Source: Mobula hypostoma (lineage: Eukaryota). From it: a DNA stretch of 64,000 nt. Every line of letters starts with the position of its first letter. The first letter of the stretch is position 1. The notes below the pieces were generated by a model that saw only the letters and a list, made by a program, of their open reading frames with translations, was not told where the DNA came from and searched no databases. This document shows positions 50,946 to 64,000 of this stretch, in pieces. A program made the translations under genes and the position numbers. The stretch is from the NCBI RefSeq assembly GCF_963921235.1, contig NC_086097.1, forward strand, positions 237,400,001 to 237,464,000, given 5' to 3'.

Positions 50946-52659
50946 ATGGTGGCTGTTCACCTGTGAGAGTGTAGCTTCCATGGTAAATTTAAAAATACCA
51001 AGGCAGCATGTACTAAAACTCTGAAGTGGCTCATAAAAACAGGTTAAAGAAAGACATAAACAAGCACTGAAGAACGAATACAAGTAGTAGATTTCTGATA
51101 AGGTGAGTAAAGGTAAAATGTCAGAAAATCCAGCAGCAACAATGCAGAAGGTAAAGGACTGCCCTGGACACAAGGTGTACGACTGACCAAATGGACATCC
51201 TAATCCTTAATTATTTTGTGGTTCATTAATCAAGCCATCTAAATTAATGCCACTGTTTATTCTTGTTAATTCTTTGATACAAAATTGGTAGGTATTCATA
51301 CAGTTTTAAACTTTCCAAAAATGACCAGAACGTCTCAAGATACAACCTTGATCAGCCAATAACTCCGTTAATTCCATGACTTCCATGGTTTTCTTTGTTT
51401 TGCAGCTATTCGAAGAATCCAAACCTCAGAGTTGTATACTCATACATACTTAAATAGTCAACAAACTTTTGAATCTTCAATTTCTTTGTTATGAAAATAA
51501 TTATGAAGCATGCAGGATTCAAAAACAATTCCTAAATTTGGGGAAAGTTATCCACCTCCCTCTTCAAATGGGGGTAAAGCTTATTTCTTTCCAATAAGTA
51601 GTCTTTGGGATTTGTTTGATTTGCAGTCTGTTATCAGGTGCTAGGTTGAAGAACCAGTTGTTCTTTTGCTCTTTTGAGCAACCGAGAGTGAAGGGATATT
51701 TGAAAGAGGTATACAAGATTATTTCATATTTCGATAAAGTAGCCATAAAAACTGTTTCTGTTGATAAAAGGACAAGGACTTAACCACTTAGATTCTGGGT
51801 GTACTGGATCAAGTCTCAATCCAAACCTAAATCTTTCTGCATTGGCAAAGAAAGGAAGAAAATCAATGAAAATTAATCAGACTGTTTCAAAATGAGCAGT
51901 TGAATCAAACTGTCAATTTTATGCTGTGTGATCAAAATGAATCATATTTTTGAGCTTAGATACTTGGTAATTCTCTGCTTTGATTTTAATTTTGTTTTCA
52001 TTGTTGGCTATTAATTATAATTTTAATCTGTCAATATATCACATTATATGTAATTGTTCAATGATTCAATTTTCATTCAATTCTATGTTTAATTTTCCTT
52101 CTCTTTACAGAACTTATGCTTCTGTGGTACTGAATTGCATTCTGCTCTGCAAAGAAGAATATAATAGCTCATGTGGTACAAATTTCTTTTTGTCCTTTAT
52201 CTGTAAAGTAAGATGGGAATAGAAGTACGGACGTGATTAGAGGTGGTTCGAGAAAGTACACAGATCCAACATGAAAACTGTAAAATGTGAACACAAATGA
52301 GAAATAGACGACAAGATGAAAATGACTAGATTTCTCCAGGTAAAATGCCTGAAATGTTAAAGATAACTGTCCAGATACCACTATTTTTGGAACGTAAATG
52401 CTCTTTCTTACACTGAATCATTGATTTAGATTTATGCAATGGTTATGTCTATTGATAATCTCTGGAATGTACTACATTAGTTCCTTAGTTGACCTCATAT
52501 AAGTTGTTTATTTGTTCGCTATTCCAGTGTAAAGTAAATGCAAGGTCTACTCTGAATATATTCACTTAAGGTCAGCCTCTCTACAATGAAAATTGTACAC
52601 ATGAAACACTGACTTGCCAAATTTCTGGTTTTAACGAACTACCAATATCAATTTCAGCT

Positions 52660-53130
52660 AAATTTTAGCCAAAGAAATAGACAGGATTAGAGGCATGGGG
52701 ATGATAGATAACTTTTTCCCCATCGTCAATGTGCAAAACAACACGGCAAAGTAGTAGGTTGTGGGGCAACAGCTTTTCTTGAGCATCAGAGAAAGAACTT
52801 TTTTGTTCACCCAGATCATAGAACAGAGAACAGTACAGCACAGTAGAGGCCCCAATATTGTGCTGACCTTTTAATCTTTTCCAGGATATATCTAACAGTT
52901 CCCTCTCACATATGATTATCCATATGATTATCTAAGAGTCTGTTAAATGTCCTTCATGTGATGGCCCTTACCATCAGCCTTGGCTCTGCATTTCATGTCA
53001 CTTACTACTCTCATTGTAAAACCTTTACCTCTGACAGACCCCTAAATTTTCCTTCAATCACCTTAAAATTATGCCCCCTTATATTGGCCATAAATACCCT
53101 AGGAAAAAGGTGATGGCTGTACACTCTGTC
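52660..53130. mobile_element. Two decayed CR1 3' fragments in opposite orientation
   Basis: gacaggattagaggcatggggatgatag...ttttttgttcacccag (plus), then catagaacagagaacagtacagcacag tail (minus). Confidence 0.6.
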
Positions 53131-53259
53131 ACTATATACAAACATGAGATTCATTTTCCTGTGGGCATGCTCAATAAATCCACAATAGGATAATAATCAT
53201 AATAGAATCAATGGAAGATCACACCAACTGGGCATTCAACCAGTGGGCAAAGGACAAGG

Positions 53260-54035
53260 TGCAAGGTGCAAAACACGGTCCCAACAGTCATACACAGCAC
53301 AAAGCACACACAGCAGATAAAAGATAAAAGAAACAGCCACTCAATGCAAGAGACCAAATTCAAGCTATTCAATGCTGCCAAGATCTGTAGACGACATTAA
53401 CGCAGCTTGTCTTCTGCCGAGGGAACACTGGGGAGGGACAGCAACGACTCCAGCCTGGACGCCACCCCACATCACTGTACCAACACCCCACCCTGGCAGC
53501 TACAAACAGGCAACACCTCGGCTTGAGACCTCGTCCTTGCACACATATGATCACAAGCACATATAGGATGCCAGTAAAATACAATCACGCAACATATATA
53601 TGTATCCAGTCCACACACTGAGTCCATTGTTCTGCCAAGAAAGTACTGGGGGTGGGAGTGGCAGTACCAACTCCACCCTGAATGCAGAGCCACGCCACCC
53701 CTGGTGGAGCATACCAGCTCCGATGTCTCTCTTGCCGGCTGCACCGACGTCCGTAAACAGGCAACACTGCAGCTTGAAGCCCTGAGTCCAACTGAATATT
53801 GGCAAAATCTGCAGTCGACCTCAATACAGCTTCTCTTCTGCCAAGCGAACACTGGGATGGGGGACAGCACCGACACTGTCCTGGATACCACACCACATCG
53901 CCCCTGGTGTACCGTGTCAGCTACAATGCCTCTCGCCTGGTGGCTGTAGACAGGTGACACCATGGCTAGAGACCTAGTTCTTGCTACAACCGAGACCACA
54001 CAGATACCCCGCCATCCACCCTTGCTCTCTGCCAA
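53260..54035 (-). mobile_element. Unclassified short retro-repeat with internal diverged tandem units of roughly 200 bp
   Basis: ttctgcc.ag.gaa..actggga.gggacagca units recur at about 53410, 53630 and 53835. Confidence 0.55.
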
Positions 54036-54715
54036 TAAATCAGTAAAACCATTTAGTTTATTATGTAGTCCAGTGCAACCTGCTAAGCCTGGTGATAAGC
54101 CTTATGAGGGCATATTTAAAGTCTTTTGAGGACCATTATTCACCAAAATCTTTGATTATATGTAAGGTTTAGATTTCATAATGGGAATCAAGAGGAAGAT
54201 GAGTCTACTTCACAGTTTGTGACAGTGCTGAAGTAATTTTCTGAACACTGTGATATGGGCAGTGGCCGAATGGCACATTACCTGATAGACTCGTATGTGG
54301 TCTGTGTAGTGAGGCAATTTAGAAATGTTAGCTTACTGAAGACAGACTAACATTACAAAAAGCAACTGAGATTAGTACATTGATGGAGATGGCAGCTAAA
54401 GAAACACAGCTATCAAGTGCATCTTCCCAAGTTCATAAATTTCCTACTGACTTTAAGAATAAGACAATCAATGTCACCAGTGTAACAAAACTGGACATTC
54501 AGCAAATAGACGCTAGAATAAAGATCTAGATTGCCAAAGCTGTGACAGAAAGGGACATATTGAATAGACCTGTAAGATTAAAAAGACACTATCAACTCAG
54601 AACACTATAAAGAAAAATGAATATTGGAAAAACAAAAAGAAATATGTTAACAAGGTAGAGCATACTGAGGATGGACTGAGTGATTCTCACTCTATGGTTG
54701 AAGAAGGTTTGAATG

Positions 54716-55607
54716 TGTAATGCCCTGGTTAAGTTTTCTACTGCTGTGCTTTGAGGGATTTTTATTTTAGTGTTTTTTTGCAAAAGCAGTGTGTCCTGCT
54801 TGTAAGAGTGCTTTGGCTTCAGCTAAAGATAAGGAGCAATATTGTCCAACTTAGGAATGTTGAGCCAGCCAGTTAGGGTTGCCTTTGTACGTGTTGTAAC
54901 TTTCTGCCCTCTAGGATATCATGGAACACGCAAGAAGGCTGGGAGGGATGAGATTTCTGAAGGACAGTAGTCTGGTCTGCGGTCTTCTGGTAGGATCTGT
55001 GGAGCGGGTCACAAGGGAAGATGCCACTGAATGCCGTTCGAAGGAGAGACCCCATCATAGGAAATGCTTTGCGCAGATGAATTGTTCCAAGGAGGGAGTG
55101 CCAGTGCTATTGAGAGAGCCAGTTTGTTCAAGGTGTTCTTTGAGGGAAGTTTGAACTGTGACTGGTATCCTTCATGCAGGACATGGGTTCAGCTCATCAG
55201 TAAAGTGATACACTTGACTACTCCAGAAATGAACTCCAATGTTCATATGAACATTGGATTGGTTTACTGTAATGGGCCCTTTTATCTTTCTTTTCTTTCC
55301 CTGTTAATTGTTTGACAAAGTAGAAAAATTGATAAATATACTTTCTTTACAATTTTATGCTGCTGTATGATTTGTCATTTCTTGGTGATCGATAATTGTG
55401 TATGGGCAGTATTTAAATAGCATTTGCTGCAGTTAATGTTCCATAATTAGAACATCCTAATTTTCCTGTTTGGTTGAACCACACATCATACCGACCCTAG
55501 ACCTATATTGCTTATGAAAGGTGGCTGTCCCACCGCTGAGTCACATGGTTGTTAGTAGAGCTCGCTAACGAGCCAAGTTTGTATACAAACCCAGTGAGAG
55601 AGTTACG
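54716..55607 (+). mobile_element. Solo LTR nested in the Gypsy remnant
   Basis: TGTAA...TTACG termini; near-TSD aatg/catg; the Gypsy reading frame resumes after it. Confidence 0.7.
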
Positions 55608-56061
55608 CATGTTTTATCCACTTTAGGGCACAAATACATCTATTGGGTGAACTTGCAGTTTGATGGGGCCACAGTGAGGATGCAGGTGGACATGTGTGCT
55701 GCAGTATCACTGGTATCAGAGGAGGATACAAGGATAAATTAGAGCATCTCACCCCAGAAGGGGCAAGGTTGGCTCTAAAGGTTCGGTTGCTCCAGTGAGG
55801 GGAGATTAATGAACTGAGAAAGAAACTTCCATTGTACATTGTTAAAGGTGCTGTGGTTATCCAGTACTTCTGGAATGCTCATGGTTAAAGCAGCTCAAAC
55901 TCAACTGGAATGAAGTGCAGTCGATTGGTGGCCACTGGTCTACAGGAGGTACTGAGGAAACACATGGAAGCGTTCAACAGAGAACTGAGCAATAGTAACG
56001 GAATCATTGTCAAACTGGCTGTTAAGTCCAACACAACATCCAAATGCCTAAAGGCAAGACA

Positions 56062-56975
56062 ATTCAAATTAATTCAATTAATTTCAAGTTTTAATTGTTG
56101 TTCAACCACACAGTACATGAATACTCATGAATACAGCCAAAAAAGACAGTGTTACTCTGGAGGCAAAGTGCTAACACACAGTACCAACAGTCACAAACAA
56201 GAACACATTCACAGAATAAAGGAGTCCCGACGACCCCCCCCCCCCATGACACCTTCAGCTTGAGGCCTGGTCCTCACACATAAAAATCAACAAACCCACA
56301 TAGAATATCAGTCAACTACAACGATGCAGAATATGCATGTAAGTAGTCCAGACACCCCTGCCCACTGATATCATATGTTGACCCAGCCCGACGCCCGATA
56401 GGTGACATGGCAGGCGGCCTTGAGGCCCAGTTCTCATATATACAAGCACATATAGAATACTAGCAAAAGTACAACACAGAATATGCATGCATAAAGTCCA
56501 GACCTCCCAAGTACACTGATATCGTCTGTCGACCCACTCCAGCGTCTGCTAGGCAACACTGCAGCTTCGAGACCCAGTCCTCACATATACAGGCACGTGT
56601 ATTGTTAACAACACAACCAGACAAATATGTACGTAGTCCAGACCACTCAGTCCAATTGAGATCTTCAGTCGATCACAACCGTGCTACGCCACCTCTGATA
56701 GAAACCGCTGGTCTGGCACCCCCCCCCAGTGGCTGAAAGCAAGTGACTTGCTGCTGGAGGCTCGAGTCCATTGAGTGCCACCAAAAAAATCTGCAGTCAA
56801 ACACAACAGAGCTTGTCTTCTGCTGAGTGAAACCCTGGGAGGGCAATGTCGACTCTGTCCTGGACACCGCACCACACCGCCCCAGGTGAAGTGCAAAGGC
56901 TTGATCTCGCCCCTCTGGCAGTTGGACACCATGGCTTCAGGCCTAGTCCTTGCTACCACCGATACTAGGAAGCTC
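56062..56975 (-). mobile_element. Short retro-repeat (33130/53260 family) with internal tandem units, nested in Gypsy pol
   Basis: (aattc)n tail; repeated ggcc..gtcctcaca..ta...cacatagaata..agtccagac units. Confidence 0.6.
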
Positions 56976-57215
56976 TCCTGTTCCATATGGCCTAAAACCA
57001 AATGTAGAGCCTGAATTGGAAAGACTAGACCAGAGTAAGGTATTGGAAACAATATGTGTGAGTAAATAGGAAACTTCAGTGGTTCCTTTCCTAAAATCTT
57101 GTGGAGACTTCAAGGTAGACATTAACTTGGTTCTTATGATTGAACAAGACACTCTTCCCCACATTGCTGACCCTTTTACAGGTTTGGCTGAAGGACAGAC
57201 ATTTGGGAAGAATGA

Positions 57216-57347
57216 AAACAACAGGAATTCTGCAGGTGCTGGAAATTCAAGCAACACACATCAAAGTTGCTGGTGAACGCAGCAGGCCAAGCAGCATCTG
57301 TAGGAAGAGGTGCAGTCGACGTTTCAGGCCGAGACCCTTCGTCAGGA
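57216..57347 (-). mobile_element. Penelope-like terminus ending at a hammerhead motif (57313-57347)
   Basis: Minus strand TC-CTGACGA-AGGGTCTCGGCCT-GAAAC-GTC-GACTG; core and stem II intact, 5' arm of stem I truncated. Confidence 0.8.
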
Positions 57348-57749
57348 GAACCAACCACAGAATTGAAACCTTAACACGAGGAAATCTGCAGATGCTGGAA
57401 GTTGAAACCTTACCAGACTTCCTCCTTTGCAACCATGGGAATGGTCTGAAGAACCATAACCCAGGATTCACATAGATATTACAGGACCTGTTACTGGTTG
57501 CAGTGGACACACACAGTAAATGGCCCAAAGTTGTCATTATAAAGAGCACTACATCAGAAAAATGCATTGAGATGTTATGAACCATCTTTAGGCTTTTTGG
57601 TCTTCTTTGCAAATGGCAATTGCTCACAACACCCATCTGAAGGGTTCAAGGCAGTTATGGAAGCAAACAGTATTGAGCACATCAAGTCAGCATCATATCA
57701 TCCAGCCACTATTGACCTTGTTGAACAATTTCTCCAAACAATGAAACAA

Positions 57750-58960
57750 GCCTTAGACCACCTGGACAATACAAACACCTATGTCAGGATGCTGTTCATT
57801 GACTATAGATCAGCATTTAATACCATCATTCCCACAGTCCTGATTGAGATGTTACAGAACCTGGGCCTCTGTATCTCCTTCTGCAATTGGATCCTCAGCT
57901 TCCTAACCGGAAAACCACAATCTGTGCAGATTGGTGATAACATCTCCTCGCTGACGATCAACACTGGTGCACCTCAGGGGTGTGTGCTTAGCCCACTGCT
58001 CTACTCTACTCTATACCCATGACTATGTGGCTAGGCATAGCTCAAATACCGTCTATAAATCTGCTGATGATACAACCATTGTTGGTAGAATCTCAGATGG
58101 AGACAAGAGGGCGTACAGGAGCGAGATATGCCAACTATGGGAGTGATTTCACAGCAACAACCTGGCACTCAACGTCAATAAGATGAAAGAACTGATTGTG
58201 GACTCCAAGAAGGGTAAGACGAAGGAACACATACCAATCCTCATTGAGGGATCAGAAGTGGAGAAAGTGAAGAGTTTCAAGTTCCTGGGTGTCAAGATCT
58301 CTGAGGACCTAACCTGGTACCAACATATTGATGCAGTTATAAAGAAGGCAAGACAGTGACTATATTTCATTAGGAGCTTGAAAAGATTTGGTATGTCAAC
58401 AAATACACTCAAATACTTCTATAGACGTACAGTGGAGAGCATTCTGACATTCTGCACCACTGTCTGGTATGGGAGGGCTATTGCACGGGACCGAAAGAAG
58501 CTGCAGAGGGTTGTAAATTAAGCCGGCTCCATCTTGGCTAGTAGCCTACAAAGTACCCAGGGCATCTTCAAGGAGCGGTGTCTCAGAAAGGCAGCGTCCA
58601 TCATTAAGGACTTCCGGCAATAAAGACATGCCCTTTTCTCACTGTTACCATCAGGTAGGAAGTACAGAAGCCTGAAAGCCCAACTATTCAGAAATAATTT
58701 CTTCCCCTCTGCCATCTGATTCCTAAATAGACTTTGAACCTGTGAATAATACCTCACTTTTTTAATGCATATTTTTTTTCAGTTTTTGCATGACTTTTAA
58801 TCTATTCAATATATGTATACTGTAATTGATTTACATATTATTTATTTTTATTATTTTTTCTTCTTCTTGTATATTATATATTGCATTGAACTGCTGCTGC
58901 CAAGTTAACAAATTTCCCGGTACATGCCAGTGATAACAAACCTGATTCTGATTCTGATTC
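57750..58960 (+). mobile_element. Rex1/Babar-like LINE inserted in the Gypsy integrase
   Basis: [38 protein letters not shown]; (ctgatt)n tail. Confidence 0.9.
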
Positions 58961-60124
58961 TGAGCTCTCAGGACATCAGTAGGAAATTGATCCCTCAACC
59001 AGCATCTTACCACTCTCTTGCTGAAATTCCACAGCACACCTCAAGCCACCACCAAAATGGCTCCAGCCACTGCACTGTTGAAAAGACAGCTTTGCACCCA
59101 GCTTGGTCTGCGTAAACCACCAAGCGCAGAACAGATTGTGCTAAATGAACAGAAAGATGTGCCAAGGTGCAGAACAGAAGCTTTACAGCACGGGAGAGAG
59201 TACTTGCCCAGTACTATATCTCTGGAACAAAGTGGATACCAGCAATAGCGGTGGCACAAACATTTGGGGAAAGTTGGGAAATGACACAGCCAGAGATCCC
59301 CCGTCACGTGTTTTCTGAGGTGCCCTGTACTGACTTGCAGTACCCTAGCCAAAATCTATGCATACACCACCACGTGATAAAGTGAATCTGGTGTCATCCC
59401 ACATCGTCGGTACCCTCACGGGAACTGGCAGCCTCCAGACAGATTGGATCTCTAGTTTAGTAACTAACCTTCAGCACATGGGCAGAAAAATCCCTCGGGC
59501 TGTGTCCAGGAATAAAGGCAGTCTGCCCTCTTTCACTAGTTTAGAAAAATAATGCTATTTGTTGGTTGAATTTGATGATTTCTCCTTTGAATGTTAATAG
59601 TTCACCAGCTGGTCTGTGCATGGGAAGGGGGAGAAACCATTAAATTAAGGGGGGATGGGAGGGAGGTATTCGTGTATATTCTGACCTTTATGGATTGTTG
59701 TCAATATTCCCTGGGTGTTACACACTGAACGTAATGAGAGAGCATTTTGGGTGGATGACTTATTGTACAATAACCAGCTGCACATTTTGTTCCTCACCGC
59801 TCCATCCCTTGTCTGTGTTACTCACGGGCACCCAGCTCCCAGTACCACAATCATAATAATTACCTCTTGACTTTTGAAGTCAATCTCCCAAATACTGAAG
59901 GTCAATACACCATACGCCTTCTTAACCACTTCAACCTGTGCAGCAACTTTGAGGGGTCCATGGACTGAGACCAGAGGGAGGTTAGCATCTGAAACACATT
60001 GTTTCAGTGGGTGGTGAAGGCAGGTGTTATCCCAAACTATCAGGATGAGCCATTGAATTGCCAAGGCATTAAAGGTAACAGACCAAATTCTGATAACTGG
60101 GATGAGTAAAGATGGGTATGGATG

Positions 60125-60500
60125 TTTAATATTGAAAGGCATGGACAGAGTGGATGTGGCAAAGTTGTTTCCCATGATGGGGGAGTCTAGTACGAGAGGG
60201 CATGACTTAAGGATTGAAGGGCGCCCATTCAGAACAGAAATGCAAAGAAATATTTTTAGTCAGAGGGTGGTGAATCTATGGAATTTGTTGCCACGGGCAG
60301 CAGTGGAGGCCAAGTCATTGGGTGTACTTAAAGCAGAGATTGATAGGTATCTGAGTAGCCAGGACATCAAAGGTTATGGTGAGAAGGCGGGGGAGTGGGA
60401 CTAAATGGGAGAATGGATCAGCTCATGATAAAATGGTGGAGCAGACCCGATAGGCCAAATGGCCAACTTCTGCTCCTTTGTTTTATGGTCTTATGGTCTA
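60125..60500 (+). mobile_element. CR1 3' fragment
   Basis: ILKGMDRVDVAKLFPMMGESSTRGHDL...GYGEKAGEWD*; (ttatggtc)n tail. Confidence 0.9.
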
Positions 60501-60964
60501 CTTAATAGTCAGCACAGTGAGTACAAATACCTGTTTCTGTACTGCATGATTCAACAAGAATTCTGACCACGCGTTCAAATAGAAGGGTGAAGTCAAAATT
60601 CTTGGTTTAAGTTTTAAGAGAAGGAAGGAAAAAGTTTTTAAATTATTTTGCATTGATCATATATGAAAATAATTAAATGCAGATTGGAGGTGTATAATTA
60701 AAATAAAATATTTTACTTAGAACTATACTGTATACTAGCATTGAACATCATTGATGAAATTACTAAAGACACTTAAGATAAATTAATTATTTTACTTCAA
60801 TATTGATCTTGATGTTAAAATATTTAATTGGGATGATTAGAAAACTAATCAACTGAAAATTGCAAACATTATTCTTGACATTAATTGTCCAAGAGTTTAA
60901 ATATGTAGAATGATAATGAACGGGGAATAGAAACAAACATCAAATAACTGGAGTAAGAATGCTC

Positions 60965-62620
60965 TGGCTCCCCTCAACAACTCTCAATTCCTTGATCCTG
61001 ATTGCCTCATTTTCACCACAGATGTCCAGTCCCTATGTACTTCTATCCCCCATCAAGAAGACGTTGAAGCTCTCTGCTTCTTTCTCAACAACAGACCTGA
61101 ACATATCTACTCGGCAGTCACCTTCCTCTGTTTGGCAGATCTAGTCCTCATCCTCAATAATCTTTCTTTCAGATTCTCCCAATTTCCCCATACTCAACAA
61201 GACCTGGGTGTCATTATACACCAGTCATTGAAAGTGGGCATGCAGGTATAGCAGGCAGTGAAAAAGGCGAACGGTATGCTGGCATTTATAGCGAGAGGAT
61301 TCGAGTACAGGAGCAGGGAGGTACTACTGCAGTTGTACAAGGCCTTGGTGAGACCACACCTGGAGTATTGTGTGCAATTTTGGTCCCCTAATCTGAGGAA
61401 AGACATCTTTGCCATAGAGGGAGTACAAAGAAGGTTCACCAGATTGATTCCTGGGATGGCAGGTCTTTCATATGAAGAAAGACTGGATGAACTGGGCTTG
61501 TACTCGCTGGAATTTAGAAGATTGAGGGGGGGATCCGATTGAAACGTATAAGATCCTAAAGGGATTGGACAGGCTAGATGCGGGAAGATTGTTCCCGATG
61601 TTGGGGAGGTCCAGAACGAGGGGTCACAGTTTGAGGATAGAGGGGAAGCCTTTTAGGACCGAGATTAGGAAAAACTTCTTCACACAGAGAGTGGTGAATC
61701 TGTGGAATTCTCTGCCACAGCAAACTGTTGAGGCCAGTTCATTGGCTATATTTAAGAGGGAGTTAGATATGGCCCTTGTGGCTACGGGGATCAGGGGGTA
61801 TGGAGGGACGGCTGGTGCAGGGTTCTGAGTTGGATGTTCAGCCATGATCATAATAAATGGTGGTGCAGGCTCGAAGGGCCGAATGGCCTACTCCTGCACC
61901 TATTTTCTATGTTTCTATGTTTCTATATCCCTGGTAATGCTGCTCAGCTTCTTCTGCGCTACATTGATGACAGCATTGGTGCTGCTTCATGTACCCATGC
62001 TAAGCTCATTAATTTCATCAATTTGCCTCCAGCTTCCACACTGTCCTTCAATTCACCTGGTCCATTTCTGACACTTCGCACCCTTTCCTTGATCTCTCTG
62101 TCTCCATCTCTGGGGAAAAACTGTCAAACAATATCTATTTTTAAACCTACCAATTCCTACGGGTATCTTGACTATACCTTTTTCCACCCTGTCTCCTGTA
62201 AAAATGCCATCCCCTTTTGTCAGTTCCTTCATTCCCACCGCAACTGTTCCCAGGATGCAGCTGTTTTTTCCAGGACATCAGAGATATTCTCTTTCTCGAA
62301 GGAATGGTGTTTCCTTTCCTTCACCATTGACGTTGCCCTCACCCGCATCTCCTTCATTCCCTGGACATCCAGCTCACCTCATCTTCCCGCCGTCTCAACA
62401 AGGATAGTGTTCCTCTTGTAGTTATCTACCATCCCATGAGCCTCTGCATCCAATATATCATTCTCCACAATCTCTACATTCTTCAATGGGACCCTACCAC
62501 CAAACACATCTTTACCACCCCCCCCAACTCTTTGCTTTTCACAGGGATCATTCCCTCTGTGATTCCCTTGTCCATCCATTCTTCCCCACTAATCCCCATC
62601 CTAGCACTTACCCCTTAAAG
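60965..62620 (+). mobile_element. Penelope-like RT remnant interrupted by a CR1
   Basis: LIFTTDVQSLCTSIPHQE before the insertion; LRYIDD..IFKPTNSYGYLDY..HPVSCKNAIPFCQF after it. Confidence 0.85.
61196..61926 (+). mobile_element. Relatively young CR1 3' fragment nested in the Penelope RT
   Basis: [43 protein letters not shown]; (tttctatg)n tail. Confidence 0.92.
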
Positions 62621-62624
62621 CAGT

Positions 62625-62927
62625 ACACCAAGGAATTTAGAGTTGCTGACCTCCTCCACCTCTGATCCTCTGATGAGGGCTGGCTGGTTTCCTTTTCCTG
62701 AAGTCAATAATCATATCCTTGGTCTTGCTGATATTGAATAAGAGGTTGTTGTTTTTAATGCACTACTTAACCAGATCTTCAACCTCCCTTTTATATTCTG
62801 ATTTGTCACCACCTTTGATTCAGCCTACAACAGTGGAGTGTCAGCAAACGTGAATAAGGCATTGGAGCTGTGCTTTGCCACACAGCCATAAGTGTAAAGA
62901 GAGTGGAACAGGAAAGCACACAGCCTT
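62625..62927 (-). mobile_element. Rex-like RT fragment
   Basis: Antisense match to 43380-43680 (FAD motif; ggaatttagagttgctgacctcctcc). Confidence 0.65.
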
Positions 62928-63037
62928 CTTTAATATTTCAGTAATATTGGAGAAATATTGTAAATATATTGTTTAAGCATTTATTGTTGTTCACATCATT
63001 CATTACAGGTTGAATGTAAAAGTATGCGAATGTGATC

Positions 63038-63365
63038 GACTCATGGATGAAACAAATATCTAACGAGGATGTCATGAACAGAGCAAACACAAAAAGAGAA
63101 ATAATGTATGAGATCATGAAAAATTAACGTAACTTCATTGGACATGTGATTGGGAAAGAGGAATTAGAATGCACGGTAATTACGGGAAAGATTGAAGGAA
63201 AGAAAGCAAGAGGAAGACAAAGACAAATGATGATGGAGACAGCAGCCAGAGAACTGGAAATGAATACCAATGAATTGATCTACTTGACCCGAAACAGGAG
63301 TGTGTGGGCCATGGCAGTCAAAGCTCAAACTGGGCATGGCACCTAATGATGATGATGATGATGAT
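63038..63365 (+). mobile_element. RTE-clade LINE 3' end with (GAT)n tail
   Basis: SWMKQISNEDV..FIGHVI..ITGKIEGKKARGRQR; gatgatgatgatgatgat tail. Confidence 0.85.
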
Positions 63366-64000
63366 CCATTGGACACAAACAAACATAATTAGCAGTGAAG
63401 AATGGCACGTGCTGAGTTTTTTTGGTGGTATTGGCTCCTATTACATTGTTTCTTAAACTGTTCAAACTTTCACAGAAAGTTTGTGGAGGATGCAATTTAA
63501 ACATAGAATGCCCAGAATTTTGCTGATTATGGCAGATGAGACTACCAAAACAATGGGACTATGTGAAACTATGTTCTTGTTGTCTTTATATATGAATAAA
63601 ATATAAACAAAGAGGTATTGGTTCTGCAAGCATTTTGAATATTTTCAGTATTTTTGCACAGAGATCAGCAATAATCAATGCCTTCATACACAGGGATTTA
63701 TTTTGCTGTTGGTGTACAAAACTTAATTGTTTTCATTGCTTCCCTGAAGAAAGCAGATTTGCAATCAATGATATTAATATTGCTTGTTCTCTTGGCATTT
63801 CTTTTGTTCCCTCTTTTCTTCAAGGATTTGACTTCCCTGCTCCAGTAAAGATTCAGTAGCAGTAATTATCCTACAAAATCTCACTATGTAATCTTCGCTC
63901 ATGCTTAAGTCTGAACGGCTGACTACTCGACCTTGAAGGAATACTGACATGTCTTGTTTTGATATCCTCAAGTGTGCACATCCAATCGATATTCTTGCAA

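Larger units (their letters stand above)
54045..59455 (+). mobile_element. Fragmented Gypsy/Ty3 LTR retrotransposon internal region (gag with Zn knuckle, protease, RT start, integrase), interrupted by five younger insertions
   Basis: Gag FRFHNGNQEEDES..DRLVCGL; CQSCDRKGHIE knuckle; protease VDMCAAVSLVSE; RT CGDFKVDIN; integrase [34 protein letters not shown]; terminal RRYP..PPDRLDL*. Purine tract near 59645. Confidence 0.85.

Noticed and set aside
57567..58022. Integrase-RT fusion ORF
   Set aside because: A Rex-like LINE inserted in frame into a decayed Gypsy integrase; both parts are broken nearby

Overview
This is vertebrate intronic DNA, most likely from a cartilaginous fish (probably a ray). 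That is inferred from the repeat mix of CR1, Rex1/Babar, V-SINE and Penelope elements. The window lies inside a very large gene on the minus strand. Two spliced coding exons missed by the ORF track (41121-41290, 170 bp; 4270-4426, 157 bp) have canonical AG/GT ends and join in frame across a 36,694-bp intron. Together they encode one complete CUB domain closely matching CSMD3. Most of the rest is decayed, often nested transposable elements: CR1, Rex1/Babar, RTE, Tx1 and Penelope retroelements, SINEs, Tc1-type MITEs, solo LTRs and one fragmented Gypsy element. Almost all listed ORFs are pieces or antisense shadows of these repeats. Four things stand out. (1) Many Penelope termini carry a minimal type-I hammerhead ribozyme motif (CTGANGA..GAAAC-GTC), and several truncation or inversion breakpoints fall at that motif. 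(2) A long inverted pair of same-family CR1 copies brackets the 157-nt exon. (3) There is an apparently perfect 242-bp local inverted duplication. (4) There is a pre-miRNA-sized 90-nt hairpin. I cannot show a wholly new system from sequence alone. Repeat boundaries and family names were assigned by eye and are approximate.
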